Source: a virus
DNA: 55,564 nt
IMG/VR virus record: IMGVR_UViG_3300045988_018915
Span: 1 to 55,564 of that record
Reading direction: 5' to 3' (one strand)
Position numbers and translations under genes: made by a program. Every line of letters starts with the position of its first letter. Positions within the stretch are counted from its first letter, which is position 1. Shown in pieces: positions 1-9,402 of this stretch. The notes beneath the pieces are model-generated. The model saw nothing but the letters and a program-made list of their open reading frames with translations, was not told where the DNA came from and did no database searches.

Positions 1-55
1 ACATCTCACAAAAGTTCTGATATGCATATGACGGTATTTCTCCGATTCTGGTGTA
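1..55. repeat. terminal direct repeat, copy 1 (assembly overlap of a circular molecule)
   Basis: acatctcacaaaagttctgatatgcatatgacggtatttctccgattctggtgta recurs exactly at 55510-55564. Confidence 0.9.
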
Positions 56-211
56 CTTTGCATGGTACTCAATAAGTTGGACACGCAAAAGAAGCATTGT
101 TCCTTTACTGTTCGCGTCCCTGCTTTTCTTTTGTTGTTTAAGAAGCCAAACTATATATCCAAGCACTATCGGAAGTGCCACAAGATAAGTTTGAATCAAA
201 ATACTTTTCAT
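1..211 (-). CDS. small membrane-anchored protein, 5' part; the ORF crosses the circular junction and continues at 55509 down to 55391 (109 aa total)
   Basis: ATG at 211 after ggagattcaa. Translation MKSILIQTYLVALPIVLGYIVWLLKQQKK... has a hydrophobic N-terminus. The frame stays open through base 1 and resumes at 55509. Confidence 0.5.
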   Translation of the reverse strand, partial: MKSILIQTYLVALPIVLGYIVWLLKQQKKSRDANSKGTMLLLRVQLIEYHAKYTRIGEIPSYAYQNFCEM

Positions 212-325
212 TTGAATCTCCTTTTAGCGCACTGCCCACCACCCTTAAAGTGCGCCTCCTGCACCATATTGCCGGAATAAGCAATGTGGTACGCACAATC
301 TTCTTTAATGACCTATAGTCGATGT

Positions 326-706
326 TTATAAGATTTTCACAAACGGATACACACCACTCAAAAGGCTTTCACGGTCTTTCCATGTGCGACTTACTCCATT
401 TTCGGAATAACTTGCCATGTAAGCTTCGCCGGCTTGTGAGCGGTCGTACACTGCCAAATTGACCATGACATTTTCAAACTTCTGAACATCACGATCAATC
501 TGGTCTTGCGTGTACGTCTCTGGATAATTCCGTTTCTCGATAATCTCATTCCTTGCCTGCTCCAAAAGTTGCTCAATCAGTGGGTTATCTTCCTTTTTGT
601 CAAACACAACTTTGTCAGCCTTGGTGCCGGTATCGCTATCCTCGGTCTCTTCAATATGAAATTGTTTAAGCCGAATCTTGACTTGTTCAAGTAATGTGTA
701 TGACAT
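326..706 (-). CDS. head-tail connector/adaptor protein (gp6-like)
   Basis: 126-aa ORF directly downstream of the capsid genes. Size, acidic helical N-terminus and position are typical of gp6-type adaptors. Assignment is positional and by resemblance only. Confidence 0.5.
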   Translation of the reverse strand: MSYTLLEQVKIRLKQFHIEETEDSDTGTKADKVVFDKKEDNPLIEQLLEQARNEIIEKRNYPETYTQDQIDRDVQKFENVMVNLAVYDRSQAGEAYMASYSENGVSRTWKDRESLLSGVYPFVKIL

Positions 707-717
707 AGGCTCATCTC

Positions 718-957
718 CTACAGATTGAATTTTCGAATCAGAATCTTTTTAAGATCAGCACCGCTAATCTCGTCCGCATCAGCAATTCCTTGTTCTGTGG
801 CAAGCGCCTGCAGATCTGCGGTACTCATGCGGTTGATTTCTGTCTTGGTAAATAAAGAATTGGCATCAGAGAAAGTTTTCTCTTCCTCCTCGTCCGGAAC
901 ATTTTCGCCCGGAAGATACCATTTTCCCTTATGTTTTACTTTGTACTCGTAAACCAT
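718..957 (-). CDS. small protein with a C-terminal HeH/Rho-N-like motif
   Basis: ATG at 957 lies 9 nt after AGGAGG. The longer 1089 start would overlap the capsid gene. C-terminal motif STADLQALATEQGIADADEISGADLKKILIRKF. Confidence 0.6.
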   Translation of the reverse strand: MVYEYKVKHKGKWYLPGENVPDEEEEKTFSDANSLFTKTEINRMSTADLQALATEQGIADADEISGADLKKILIRKFNL

Positions 958-970
958 ATACAACATCCTC

Positions 971-2041
971 CTAGTCGTAGCACTTGATAACGTATGTGCT
1001 ATCCATGCGCTCGTATGAAGGAAGAACAATCTCGGAAACCGTTGTCTTGGTCTGTACCGGATCTTCTGATACGGATACTGCAACTGCAACGCCGGTATTT
1101 ACGATAGATACATCTGCAGTAGGCTTTCCGATAAGTGTACGTTCTTCCGGTGTTGTACCGTACCATGTATTTCCAAGTGCTCCGCTTGGGATAAGCGTTG
1201 CAAATCCGTCTGGGTAAAACTTAGATGCCGTACCAGCTTCATTCTTGTACTGTTTTGAGTAAACAATAATGCTGATACCAAGTTCGTTGGAGAATACCTC
1301 TTTAACACGGTTGTCGTTCATAAAGATGTTTGCCGTGGCATTCTGTGCAAGAATGGCGGAACGAATCTTCTTGTTCTGCTTAAGATGATCCATAGTCTTA
1401 CGAGAAACAATCATGATAGAAGGTCTCTCTCCTGTCTCTGCTTCGACTGCATCAAGAGCAACAGAAACATCGTCAAGCGGATCAGAATTTTCGTGGTCAT
1501 CCCACTTATCCGTTGCGGTCTCAAGGTTTGCAAAGTTGTGGGTCTTGTATGTGTTGCTCGGATCGTAGTTATAAGCGTAGGTTACGCCGTTTGCCTGAAT
1601 GGAAATCTTTGGAGATCCATCAGCCGGTGCAAGCAACTGCATAATCATACGCTCTGGAACAACGTTTGCTCCATCAATCAGAGTATTTGCATCATCAAAA
1701 ATTCTGCTCAATACCTCGCTTGCATATGGGTCTGTGCTGTCCTGTACACGCATAATTTCCTGTTCGTCAGCTTCTTTAATCAGCATGGATTCACGGAAGA
1801 ATGCCATTTCTGTTTCTGTGAGTTTAAATCCCTCACGGCTTCTTAACGTTGATACTGCATCAAAATTTGATGGTGCAAGAGAAACCGGAAGTCCTTTGGA
1901 AGTCTTAATCCATTTCAGATCAAGTCCCATTTTCTTCTTAGCCGGAAATAATCCCGAACCAAGATACGCAATTTTATTACTTGCTACCTCTGTGTTTACA
2001 AGCGCGATTGCTTTTGCACTATACACATCTCTAATGTTCAT
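971..2041 (-). CDS. major capsid protein (lambda gpE-like family)
   Basis: 356 aa. N-terminus MNIRDVYSAKAIA...GLFPAKKK.GLDLKWIK..KGLPVSL resembles the Phage_cap_E family. Sits after the scaffold and decoration genes. Confidence 0.8.
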   Translation of the reverse strand: MNIRDVYSAKAIALVNTEVASNKIAYLGSGLFPAKKKMGLDLKWIKTSKGLPVSLAPSNFDAVSTLRSREGFKLTETEMAFFRESMLIKEADEQEIMRVQDSTDPYASEVLSRIFDDANTLIDGANVVPERMIMQLLAPADGSPKISIQANGVTYAYNYDPSNTYKTHNFANLETATDKWDDHENSDPLDDVSVALDAVEAETGERPSIMIVSRKTMDHLKQNKKIRSAILAQNATANIFMNDNRVKEVFSNELGISIIVYSKQYKNEAGTASKFYPDGFATLIPSGALGNTWYGTTPEERTLIGKPTADVSIVNTGVAVAVSVSEDPVQTKTTVSEIVLPSYERMDSTYVIKCYD

Positions 2042-2054
2042 TCTGTCTTACCTC

Positions 2055-2384
2055 CTATTCAAATACGATTAACGGAAGGGCTGTCTTAACTGCCTCTGCA
2101 ACAGCTTCTCCTGTGCTTGTCTGAATGTTTGTAGAATTTACAACTCCAAATGCTCTAAGGATTGTTCCGTTAGGGTTCTCGTCCTTATAAACATCTGTAA
2201 GTAAAATTCCGATTGGCTTTGTTTCCTTATCAACCTTTCCATCTACGGCGATCGGGCTTCCTGCCTTGCACACGCCTTCTGTGAATGCGGTATCATCAAG
2301 TTTGATTTCTTCGAACAGCTCGCCGCCTAATTTTCTTTTCAGAATTTCAAGCTGAGTTGTTACACTTTTTTCAGTAAACTTCAT
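2055..2384 (-). CDS. head decoration-like protein
   Basis: 109 aa, located between the scaffold and the major capsid gene. Small beta-rich protein. Confidence 0.45.
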   Translation of the reverse strand: MKFTEKSVTTQLEILKRKLGGELFEEIKLDDTAFTEGVCKAGSPIAVDGKVDKETKPIGILLTDVYKDENPNGTILRAFGVVNSTNIQTSTGEAVAEAVKTALPLIVFE

Positions 2385-2397
2385 CTTTAAAACCTCC

Positions 2398-2961
2398 TTA
2401 CGATAAATAACTGTCTACTACCGACTTAGCCGTCTGATTCGTTCCGGCTAAAGTCTTTCCGATCGACTCTGCGGCTTTTTCCGCTTCTGTCTTTTCGTTG
2501 TCTTTATTTCCGCCAGCCGTGCCACCGCCCGGATTCGTACTGCCATTTGCAATCTCCTGCTCCTTGGCTTGTGCTGCGGCGGTCTCTTTTTCAGAGATAA
2601 TCTTTCCAAGAACGTCATAATCAAAGCTGCCATCGTCTTTTACGATCTGTGCTGCCTGCTCTGCGGTAACATTAAATTTAGATGCGGCATTGGCTCTTTG
2701 CGTGGCTATTGCCTGCGCTTTTTCAAGTTCCGCGATTCTCGCATTGGCTTTTTCGAGGTTCTTATTTGCCTGCTCGACTTCCGTGAGCTTTCCCTGTTCG
2801 ATATCATCTAGCTGCTTCTGCAACTCTTCGGCTTTGTCAGCCTTTGTCTTGTACTCGTCAACCTTTGCTTTGGCTCTCTGTACGGAACTTCCATAATCTG
2901 CCATGATCTTGTCCGCGTTTTCCTCGCTTAATCCCATAGCAATCAGATCTTCTCTTTTCAT
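2398..2961 (-). CDS. capsid scaffolding protein (GP20-like coiled coil)
   Basis: 187 aa. Coiled coil rich in A, E, K and Q (KAKVDEYKTKADKAEELQKQLDD...). Lies between portal and capsid. Confidence 0.7.
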   Translation of the reverse strand: MKREDLIAMGLSEENADKIMADYGSSVQRAKAKVDEYKTKADKAEELQKQLDDIEQGKLTEVEQANKNLEKANARIAELEKAQAIATQRANAASKFNVTAEQAAQIVKDDGSFDYDVLGKIISEKETAAAQAKEQEIANGSTNPGGGTAGGNKDNEKTEAEKAAESIGKTLAGTNQTAKSVVDSYLS

Positions 2962-3076
2962 TCATTACCTCCGATATGTCATACGAATTTTTATACGGTG
3001 CAACGACACCGAACGACATTGTTGATTTTTACGCTCACAACTTTGCGAATTTTTATAAAATAAAGACAGTCGCCGA

Positions 3077-4537
3077 TTACTCGGTGACTGTCTTATCTTT
3101 GTTTTTCTGGCTTTGTGTGCCATCTGTATTCATTTTATTTATCAACTCTTGTGCTTTCTGTTCCTGTGCTTCTGCATCATCAATCGTTTTCCACAGATTA
3201 TCCAAGTATGGCTTTGACAACAGGAATGTCTTTTCTGCATCTCCCCAAAGCCCAACCGACTTGATTGCGACAAGAGGATGAATGCCGGCTTGCAACAACT
3301 GATATAGTGTCTGCGACTTGGTGTACATATTGTCTTGTGGACTGTGATTGATCTGCACATCAAAGTCGCGCAAACTCAATCCCAAATCGTGATCCTGTAT
3401 ACGAATCACATTCAAAACAACTTTCGCAAGTCTTTTTTCAGAAGTTTTAACTATTGGATCTTTTAATTTTGCCCTAGTCTTTGAAAAATCCCATCCAGAT
3501 CTCAAAGACACCGCCCCCATTGTAGAGCCTCCGTCAGATCCTTTATTCTGTTGTGGAATCGCTAAAATAGATAAGGTGTTTTCCCACAAATCATCCTTTG
3601 CGACTTGACACTCGGTCTGATTCAGTTCCTGCGTCATAATATCCACGTCCGCCTTGTTTTCGGCATTATTGGATTTTACGGTCAGCGCGTGTGACATACG
3701 CATCTTTTGGAATTGTTCATCATCAACCTCGCAATTTACGAATTTTACCCAAAACTGAACAAACTGCTCAACTCCATCCATTCGGTTTGACTGCATCGTA
3801 TTGATTGCATCCAATAGCCCGATCACAAGCTCAATATCAGAAATGCGCTCATGGTTGTTCGGAAACTCGACAATCGGGATTCCGCCAAAGCCATGTAGTT
3901 GCCAATTTTGAACCTCTCCATTTACAATCTTGCACTCGTAAGAGTCCGTGTAGCAGAGTTTATACATCTGTCCATCAGCATCCTTAAGCTCTTGGATTGC
4001 TAAAAGCGGTTCTTCTGTGGAACGACTGTAGATAACAAACGTATTCATTGGTGTCGGTGCAACAATTCTAAATGGTATATCTCCATTTTTTGTAATCTGC
4101 ACCGCCTTAAATGACGTTCCGGTTGCTGATTGCCACTCTCCTGCCTTAATATCCTTTTCCTGCTTATTAGCATCGGTAAGATAATCATTAAATTCGTCAA
4201 CCGCATTATTTATCCGATCATCATCTTTCCTGCTAATAAGTTGAATTGGTTCACCGTAGGTCTGACCAACCTTGAATTGAACAATCTCATAGGCATGGTT
4301 TTCAGATACCTTATTGGTTATATCCGCATTCTGTATCTTTGTTCGGTACAATACAGGCTGATCACCCTTGTAATAGTTCCACAGATACCGAATGATCGTC
4401 TTGTTGAAATAAAATGCACCAATGCAGTTTCCCACAACCTTTACAATGTTGTCTGCCGTAATGGTTTCAACATCCGTATATGCAATTTTCCTTCCGTATC
4501 TGCCTTTTACAAGGTCATGAAAATACTGCTTGTTCAT
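3077..4537 (-). CDS. portal protein (SPP1 Gp6-like)
   Basis: 486 aa ORF between the terminase and scaffold genes. Length and acidic C-terminus are typical of portals. Confidence 0.8.
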   Translation of the reverse strand: MNKQYFHDLVKGRYGRKIAYTDVETITADNIVKVVGNCIGAFYFNKTIIRYLWNYYKGDQPVLYRTKIQNADITNKVSENHAYEIVQFKVGQTYGEPIQLISRKDDDRINNAVDEFNDYLTDANKQEKDIKAGEWQSATGTSFKAVQITKNGDIPFRIVAPTPMNTFVIYSRSTEEPLLAIQELKDADGQMYKLCYTDSYECKIVNGEVQNWQLHGFGGIPIVEFPNNHERISDIELVIGLLDAINTMQSNRMDGVEQFVQFWVKFVNCEVDDEQFQKMRMSHALTVKSNNAENKADVDIMTQELNQTECQVAKDDLWENTLSILAIPQQNKGSDGGSTMGAVSLRSGWDFSKTRAKLKDPIVKTSEKRLAKVVLNVIRIQDHDLGLSLRDFDVQINHSPQDNMYTKSQTLYQLLQAGIHPLVAIKSVGLWGDAEKTFLLSKPYLDNLWKTIDDAEAQEQKAQELINKMNTDGTQSQKNKDKTVTE

Positions 4538-4725
4538 ATAAATAAAACTCCACTACTGCAAGCGCGTTTTGGTATTGGCTTCGTTTCAATCTTGCCTGTT
4601 GCCACGCGATAAATCACAATATGATTGCATTTTTTACATTTACACGGATGATCTATCGTAGATCTCCTATCATAATGTCCGGCAATTCGTCCGCAATCCG
4701 GACAATATATCGTTACCTTTTCCAT
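4534..4725 (-). CDS. zinc-ribbon protein (Com-like)
   Basis: 63 aa with CPDC...CKCKKC. Overlaps the portal start by 4 nt. Confidence 0.55.
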   Translation of the reverse strand: MEKVTIYCPDCGRIAGHYDRRSTIDHPCKCKKCNHIVIYRVATGKIETKPIPKRACSSGVLFI

Positions 4726-4740
4726 AAATCCTCTTTTCTA

Positions 4741-4772
4741 CACAACAAAAGAACCGCCATTTCTGACGGTTC
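4741..4772 (-). terminator. hairpin plus T-run between the TerL-proximal genes and the portal operon
   Basis: Minus strand reads GAACCG-N10-CGGTTC followed by TTTTGTTGTG. Confidence 0.5.
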
Positions 4773-4859
4773 CTTACGAAAGGGTGATATTGAAACGAAC
4801 TACTTGATCTTTTACTCTTTTAGTGTAACACACAAGTTTTAGGAAATGTTATGAATCAT

Positions 4860-4883
4860 AGTGAACTTTAGTGAACTTTAGTG
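4860..4883. repeat. tandem 10-bp repeat AGTGAACTTT x2.4 overlapping the stop codon of the 4868..5311 gene
   Basis: agtgaacttt agtgaacttt agtg read directly. Confidence 0.8.
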
Positions 4884-5311
4884 TTATCCCCGAGATATAA
4901 TGCACCGAATTTTGTTTCAAATTCTCTTAAAGCCTTTTTGCGAAGCTTCATGGCATTTCTGTATGAGCAATCCATATCAACAGAAATCACGTTCCAATCC
5001 TTGCCATCAATGTAATGCGCGGCTAGGACGATATACACATCTGTATCCTCCATACTGTCAATCTGCCCTATAATCTCCCTACGTTTTGTAACAAGTTCGT
5101 TAACAAGAACGTTGATTTCATTCTGCAGGTCTACGATTTTTGCGACCGCGCTTCCTAATTTGTCTTGATCTCCGGAAGATTGAACATCAACCTCTTTTGG
5201 GGACATCGATATGGAAGTTGCCATATCCGACAATCGCTTGATTTCCGTCAATTTATTCTTGATTGCATGGTCAGTTCTACTGATCTGTGATAAATATTCA
5301 TTGGTTGTCAT
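4868..5311 (-). CDS. coiled-coil protein with a sigma-70 region-4-like HTH
   Basis: 147 aa. C-terminal VYIVLAAHYIDGKDWNVISVDMDCSYRNAMKLRKKALREFE resembles region 4 / ArpU-RinA-type late regulators. Confidence 0.45.
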   Translation of the reverse strand: MTTNEYLSQISRTDHAIKNKLTEIKRLSDMATSISMSPKEVDVQSSGDQDKLGSAVAKIVDLQNEINVLVNELVTKRREIIGQIDSMEDTDVYIVLAAHYIDGKDWNVISVDMDCSYRNAMKLRKKALREFETKFGALYLGDNTKVH

Positions 5312-5313
5312 GG

Positions 5314-7047
5314 CTAATACCCCCTTCTGAATGGATTTGCCGTTGCTTCTACTTTTGCCACTCTATTTCCTTTTGTCATTCGTAAAGCAAAGTTTGAAAA
5401 TACATCCGGTACATCATCTAACTGTTTCTTTCCGGAAACCGAATACTGCTTTAATAATGACATCATTACTCCGTACGGTTCTTTAGGCTTGTACTTGGAA
5501 GAATCCTTGAATATGACGTGCTGCAATATCCAAGACGAACACTGAAAAATCCTAGCTTCCTTGTTGGTCTCGGTCGGCATATCAGTTATATTACATATCC
5601 AGCCTTTGCCCTCGACGCGCTTATTTACTTCCATAGCCACGCGATCGCCACCAGCATTACGCTCAAACTCGCATTCCTGCACTTTGTTATTCACAAGGAC
5701 ATTTGCGGCGTTTTCGTACTGCATTTCATAGTCTGCCGTATTGTCGCAAACACAATCGACGCAATAGTAATCTTCTCCATACTTTTGCAGTATCGGCATA
5801 ACGAAATAGTCAGTTCCTTTTCCTTTGGTATCGCATTGTCCGGTAATAATCTCCGGTTCTCCGTGCGGAAGATTGAGAAACCTACGGATTTTATCGTCCG
5901 GAAACAACAATCCTTCACGCTCAATAGGTTCCTGCTTATAAAGGCACTTATACGAGATTTCATCCATCAATAATTGCTGATCTTGAAAGAATTCGACCGT
6001 AAATCCACTATATTCATAATCAAAGTTGCTTTCTCCGGTATTGGGATCAATATCCGGTACTGCAATAACCTTAACCCTTGGATTTCCTGCATACATATTT
6101 TGAATACGCCCGATAACATCATTAACACTCCATCTTGTCGCAATATGGATTTCCTTGCAGTTATGTCCGTCTGTATCTTGGATTTTTCTCTGTCTGGCAT
6201 CTACCGCGTATTTATTCCACAGTTTGTCAAGGATCGTAGGATTTAACGCTTCTTCAATTCCTCCGATCATATCATCGACAAGAAGAAACTTGGATGCACG
6301 AACCTTACCTGCATTCTTACTTCCCACGGATGTACATTGAACCGATGGGAACGGTTTGTACTTACCGACATTAAACTGCTCCATCTTCGCGTCCGTTCTT
6401 GTTACGGACAAATTCGGAAATACCTCGTTCCACGCATATTCATCCGGATTCGTTACAATTTCAATCATTCCATCGTAGTACATTCGCGTAATATCTCCGC
6501 TATGCGAATAAAACAAATTGAAATCATTTGGAAACCAACCTATGATAGCTGCGTTGAAAAACTTCTCGATCGTAGTTTTTCCTGCACCTGGGATAAGTGA
6601 GATGCAAAGAATATCGTATCTATCATCAATCATCCCTTGTAAGGCATCGACAAGACCAATTTTCAAGAAACATTTCCGTCTCGGCATATAAAACCGTTCT
6701 TTTGGCACTCTTTTCTTCTCGATGTACCGGAAAAAGCTATCAACAACTTTATTTTGTGCTTCAAGAAGCAAAGCTTCGTAGTATTTATCAAGAAATCTGT
6801 ATGATGTTTTTGTTTCAAACACAAGCTTCTCGATTTCCCACATATCAGATATGCCTATATCGCTCTTACAAGCACTCTCAATCAGTTCTTTTGCCCTAGA
6901 CGTACATTTAAGCAACACATCACGTTTTTTTGCTTTATCAGCCATTCTGCACGTTTCTAAGTATGCATCAATTACATTCTCATCAACGCCGTTCCGCTTA
7001 ATGTAATTCTCGCAATCTTGTATCAGTGATTCGATTTCTGAAATCAA
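5314..7047 (-). CDS. terL: terminase large subunit
   Basis: 577 aa. Walker A-like LIPGAGKTT and Walker B-like FLLVDDMIGG, with a C-terminal nuclease-size domain. TTG start 6 nt after AAGGAGG. Confidence 0.9.
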   Translation of the reverse strand: MISEIESLIQDCENYIKRNGVDENVIDAYLETCRMADKAKKRDVLLKCTSRAKELIESACKSDIGISDMWEIEKLVFETKTSYRFLDKYYEALLLEAQNKVVDSFFRYIEKKRVPKERFYMPRRKCFLKIGLVDALQGMIDDRYDILCISLIPGAGKTTIEKFFNAAIIGWFPNDFNLFYSHSGDITRMYYDGMIEIVTNPDEYAWNEVFPNLSVTRTDAKMEQFNVGKYKPFPSVQCTSVGSKNAGKVRASKFLLVDDMIGGIEEALNPTILDKLWNKYAVDARQRKIQDTDGHNCKEIHIATRWSVNDVIGRIQNMYAGNPRVKVIAVPDIDPNTGESNFDYEYSGFTVEFFQDQQLLMDEISYKCLYKQEPIEREGLLFPDDKIRRFLNLPHGEPEIITGQCDTKGKGTDYFVMPILQKYGEDYYCVDCVCDNTADYEMQYENAANVLVNNKVQECEFERNAGGDRVAMEVNKRVEGKGWICNITDMPTETNKEARIFQCSSWILQHVIFKDSSKYKPKEPYGVMMSLLKQYSVSGKKQLDDVPDVFSNFALRMTKGNRVAKVEATANPFRRGY

Positions 7048-7145
7048 AAAAGAGCCTCCTTCCCTTAGTCATTGGAATTTGGCTCTCTGCGCATTTATGC
7101 CGTGGGCACTCTGCGTCTGGTGCTCTTGAAATATTTATTTTTCTA

Positions 7146-7340
7146 CTACATCCAATTAAAATATAGCCTTACACCACATACAGGGCATTTAATACTGTAA
7201 CTGCCAAGACCATCATGCATTACCCCTATCTGATCTGTTACATCGCATTCTCTTTTCTCAAATTCAAATACCGATCCGCATTTATCACAAGTTTTTCTTT
7301 TTGTTGGCATTGTTGGTTCGTGTCGTTCTATTATTTTCAT
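7146..7340 (-). CDS. zinc-ribbon protein
   Basis: 64 aa with CDKCGS...CPVCG. Confidence 0.55.
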   Translation of the reverse strand: MKIIERHEPTMPTKRKTCDKCGSVFEFEKRECDVTDQIGVMHDGLGSYSIKCPVCGVRLYFNWM

Positions 7341-7522
7341 TATTTTGCCTCGATTATGTTAATCGTCCCACACTTAGGACATTTTACTTCCGCTTCTCCT
7401 CTGAATCGCCCCAAAAGCCGATTGCAATTCGAGCAACGCTTATCATATAACGGCTCGGGCGGATTCATGCACTTTTCAAACGCATCGCGCTCGATAGATT
7501 CAATTATTCTTCCTAAACTCAT
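7340..7522 (-). CDS. Com-like zinc-finger protein
   Basis: 60 aa. CSNCNRLLGRFRGEAEVKCPKCGTINIIE closely resembles the Mu Com architecture. Confidence 0.6.
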   Translation of the reverse strand: MSLGRIIESIERDAFEKCMNPPEPLYDKRCSNCNRLLGRFRGEAEVKCPKCGTINIIEAK

Positions 7523-7736
7523 CTTTCCAATACACCTTGAACCCTTTCTTTTTATACTCCCCTACGGCTTTTTTAAGGCTCATGTCGTCCTCATACTTTT
7601 CATTCAGCATAATCACCACATTGCCTTTTTCAATGCCGTATATGTTGCAATTTGCAAGTTTCTTAGCCGTTCCAAGGATAGCTTTTGCCTGCTTGTGGCT
7701 CATTTCATAGGTTTTGGTTCCCATATTAACAATCAT
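7500..7736 (-). CDS. hypothetical protein
   Basis: 78-aa ORF in the same-strand gene chain. Confidence 0.5.
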   Translation of the reverse strand: MIVNMGTKTYEMSHKQAKAILGTAKKLANCNIYGIEKGNVVIMLNEKYEDDMSLKKAVGEYKKKGFKVYWKDEFRKNN

Positions 7737-7749
7737 TTCTCATAAACCT

Positions 7750-8028
7750 CTAATCGTTCCTAGCAGCCCTGCACACACGAGTATTGCATCTCCTCGAATA
7801 TCTAATACGCATTACAGAATCATGTACAAGGTCTTGCATATACCCTCTTTCTAAAATAGTTTTCGATATTCCTCTTGCTTGCTTAATACTATTGAGCAAT
7901 GGCATGTTTAAATCTTTTCTAAAGTGCTTAAAGTACGAAAAGAACCATTGTCTTTGTGCATATCTTATATTGTGTCTTATTCTGCTATCTAAGCACAGAC
8001 AATGTAATGTTTCTCTAATTCTTCTCAT
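7750..8028 (-). CDS. hypothetical basic protein
   Basis: 92-aa ORF. ATG overlaps the upstream mini-gene. Composition is odd. Confidence 0.3.
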   Translation of the reverse strand: MRRIRETLHCLCLDSRIRHNIRYAQRQWFFSYFKHFRKDLNMPLLNSIKQARGISKTILERGYMQDLVHDSVMRIRYSRRCNTRVCRAARND

Positions 8029-8185
8029 TTCTCATAAACTCCTCAAAATCTTCCATACACTTAGGGCACAAGTCGTATACAGTGTTAAAAGCGCTGTTCT
8101 GTGTAATCAAATTTCCGCACAGTTTTCCTTTTTCAATTTCAGTACCGCACCTGTCGCAAGTGTGCCATTCTTTGCTATGCTTCAT
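8015..8185 (-). CDS. zinc-ribbon mini-protein (56 aa, below the ORF-track cutoff)
   Basis: My own translation: MKHSKEWHTCDRCGTEIEKGKLCGNLITQNSAFNTVYDLCPKCMEDFEEFMRNEKN. It fills the gap between neighbouring genes with overlapping start and stop codons. Confidence 0.45.
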   Translation of the reverse strand: MKHSKEWHTCDRCGTEIEKGKLCGNLITQNSAFNTVYDLCPKCMEDFEEFMRNEKN

Positions 8186-8453
8186 TGTGAATTTCCTCCC
8201 AAACTCTGCAAAATTCCTTGAATGTTTTCTTGTCTATCAGTGAAGCTATTTCGTGCAAGTTTACAATGTTGATTTCTGTATCTTGCTCATATTGCACATC
8301 GGCAACAAGGTTTATATTAACCATCGGAAGACTTCCAGCATAATGTTCTATTTTATACGAACTGCATAAGCACTGTTCGCCATCAATTGTAACTTTAGCA
8401 CATGTCTTGTGTCCTTCTATTGGTTCTACTTTAAATTTATGTATATTACTCAT
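8175..8453 (-). CDS. hypothetical protein
   Basis: ATG at 8453 forms an ATGA overlap with the upstream stop codon. The start given in the ORF track at 8486 is TTG. Confidence 0.5.
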   Translation of the reverse strand: MSNIHKFKVEPIEGHKTCAKVTIDGEQCLCSSYKIEHYAGSLPMVNINLVADVQYEQDTEINIVNLHEIASLIDKKTFKEFCRVWEEIHNEA

Positions 8454-8656
8454 TCTTCCACCAACTTTCTCCCACAGATAGGGCAATAAGCTATTTCCAT
8501 TACCATTTCAACATTCATATCTTTACTGCTACACACCGCAAAGGGTGGACATTTATTCAAGTCGCATGTAATTACAGGTTTATTTGACAACTTATCAATC
8601 TTAAATTTTCCATAATGTGTTATGATAGGAAATTTTCCCTCGCAAAATTCACACAT
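8450..8656 (-). CDS. Cys-rich zinc-binding protein
   Basis: ATG at 8656 lies 5 nt after GAGGTG. Sequence MCEFCEG...CDLNKCPPFAVC...CPICG. Confidence 0.55.
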   Translation of the reverse strand: MCEFCEGKFPIITHYGKFKIDKLSNKPVITCDLNKCPPFAVCSSKDMNVEMVMEIAYCPICGRKLVEE

Positions 8657-8657
8657 A

Positions 8658-8924
8658 TTACACCTCAATCAAAGTAAATTTTCTTATTGTTTTTGGAATC
8701 TCACGATGCAAAATACCATCTGTATCAAAATATGGTTCTTCGTAATGACGCGCCCATGGTTCTGGCATTGACAATCTTATGTAATCATCTAACGACAATT
8801 TCTGCGCCGCTGATCCTATAAGACCTAAACTATAATTTCCTGCATTTTCATATAGAGTTTTGCAATAAGGGCACACCTTTTTATCGGTTTCGATCGGTGC
8901 GCCACAATTCACGCAGTTTGTCAT
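8658..8924 (-). CDS. zinc-ribbon domain protein
   Basis: Start trimmed to MTNCVNCGAPIETDKKVCPYCKT. The longer ORF to 9083 would run into a tRNA-like element. Confidence 0.55.
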   Translation of the reverse strand: MTNCVNCGAPIETDKKVCPYCKTLYENAGNYSLGLIGSAAQKLSLDDYIRLSMPEPWARHYEEPYFDTDGILHREIPKTIRKFTLIEV

Positions 8925-9001
8925 ATTTCTTCCCCAATCATAGCAAAAATCGGAATTCTCGTTAGATTCCGTGTCTTTCGTGTGTAACAAATGTAATTGA
9001 A

Positions 9002-9129
9002 TTGATGTGGCGAGGATTTGAACCTCGCAGAAAAGATTTACTTCCTCATAATGTCCCTGAGAAATACTTTCTCTGTATTGCATTTTGCAATAGACATTTC
9101 ATAGCGTTTACCCATTCCGCCACACATCA
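9002..9129 (-). ncRNA. tRNA-like element with class-II (Leu-type) ends and a non-canonical expanded centre (128 nt)
   Basis: Minus strand: acceptor TGATGTG/CACATCA; TG; D-arm GCG-GAATGGGTAAA-CGC; T-arm GCGAGG-TTCAAAT-CCTCGC. The 75 nt between contain three short hairpins and no 5-bp stem with a 7-nt anticodon loop. Confidence 0.35.
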
Positions 9130-9148
9130 ACGCCCTATTTTGGGCAAG

Positions 9149-9233
9149 CGCAGTGTGTAGGACTCGAACCTACAAGGCGAATAATCGCCCGACCGGATAG
9201 CAACCGGATCCAATTCCATTATGGGAACACTGC
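9149..9233 (-). tRNA. tRNA-Ser (anticodon GCU), class II
   Basis: Acceptor GCAGTGT/ACACTGC; anticodon loop TTGCTAT; variable arm GGCGA-TTA-TCGCC; T-arm GTAGG-TTCGAGT-CCTAC. Confidence 0.8.
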
Positions 9234-9402
9234 AAAATTGACAAGATGCACTCGATCAAAGGCTACCAAACGCATAGGGATATTTTCGAGTGTCCTGTCT
9301 GAACTGCTTTTGTTGTACTTCCTACTCACAGCTTGTTTGTTGTGCGTTTCTTTTTATAACCACTCGCATACTCCGCTAAAGAATACGCAAGACCCCCTGT
9401 CG

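Noticed and set aside
8925-9083. N-terminal extension of the ORF 8658..9083
   Set aside because: The extension reads through the T-arm and acceptor of the tRNA-like element at 9002..9129. An internal ATG at 8924 starts directly at the zinc-ribbon motif.
9241-9402. Possible additional tRNA between tRNA-Ser and tRNA-Ile
   Set aside because: Only a 7-bp stem (CACTCGA/TCGAGTG) with a 31-nt loop was found. There is no T-loop, D-arm or anticodon arm.
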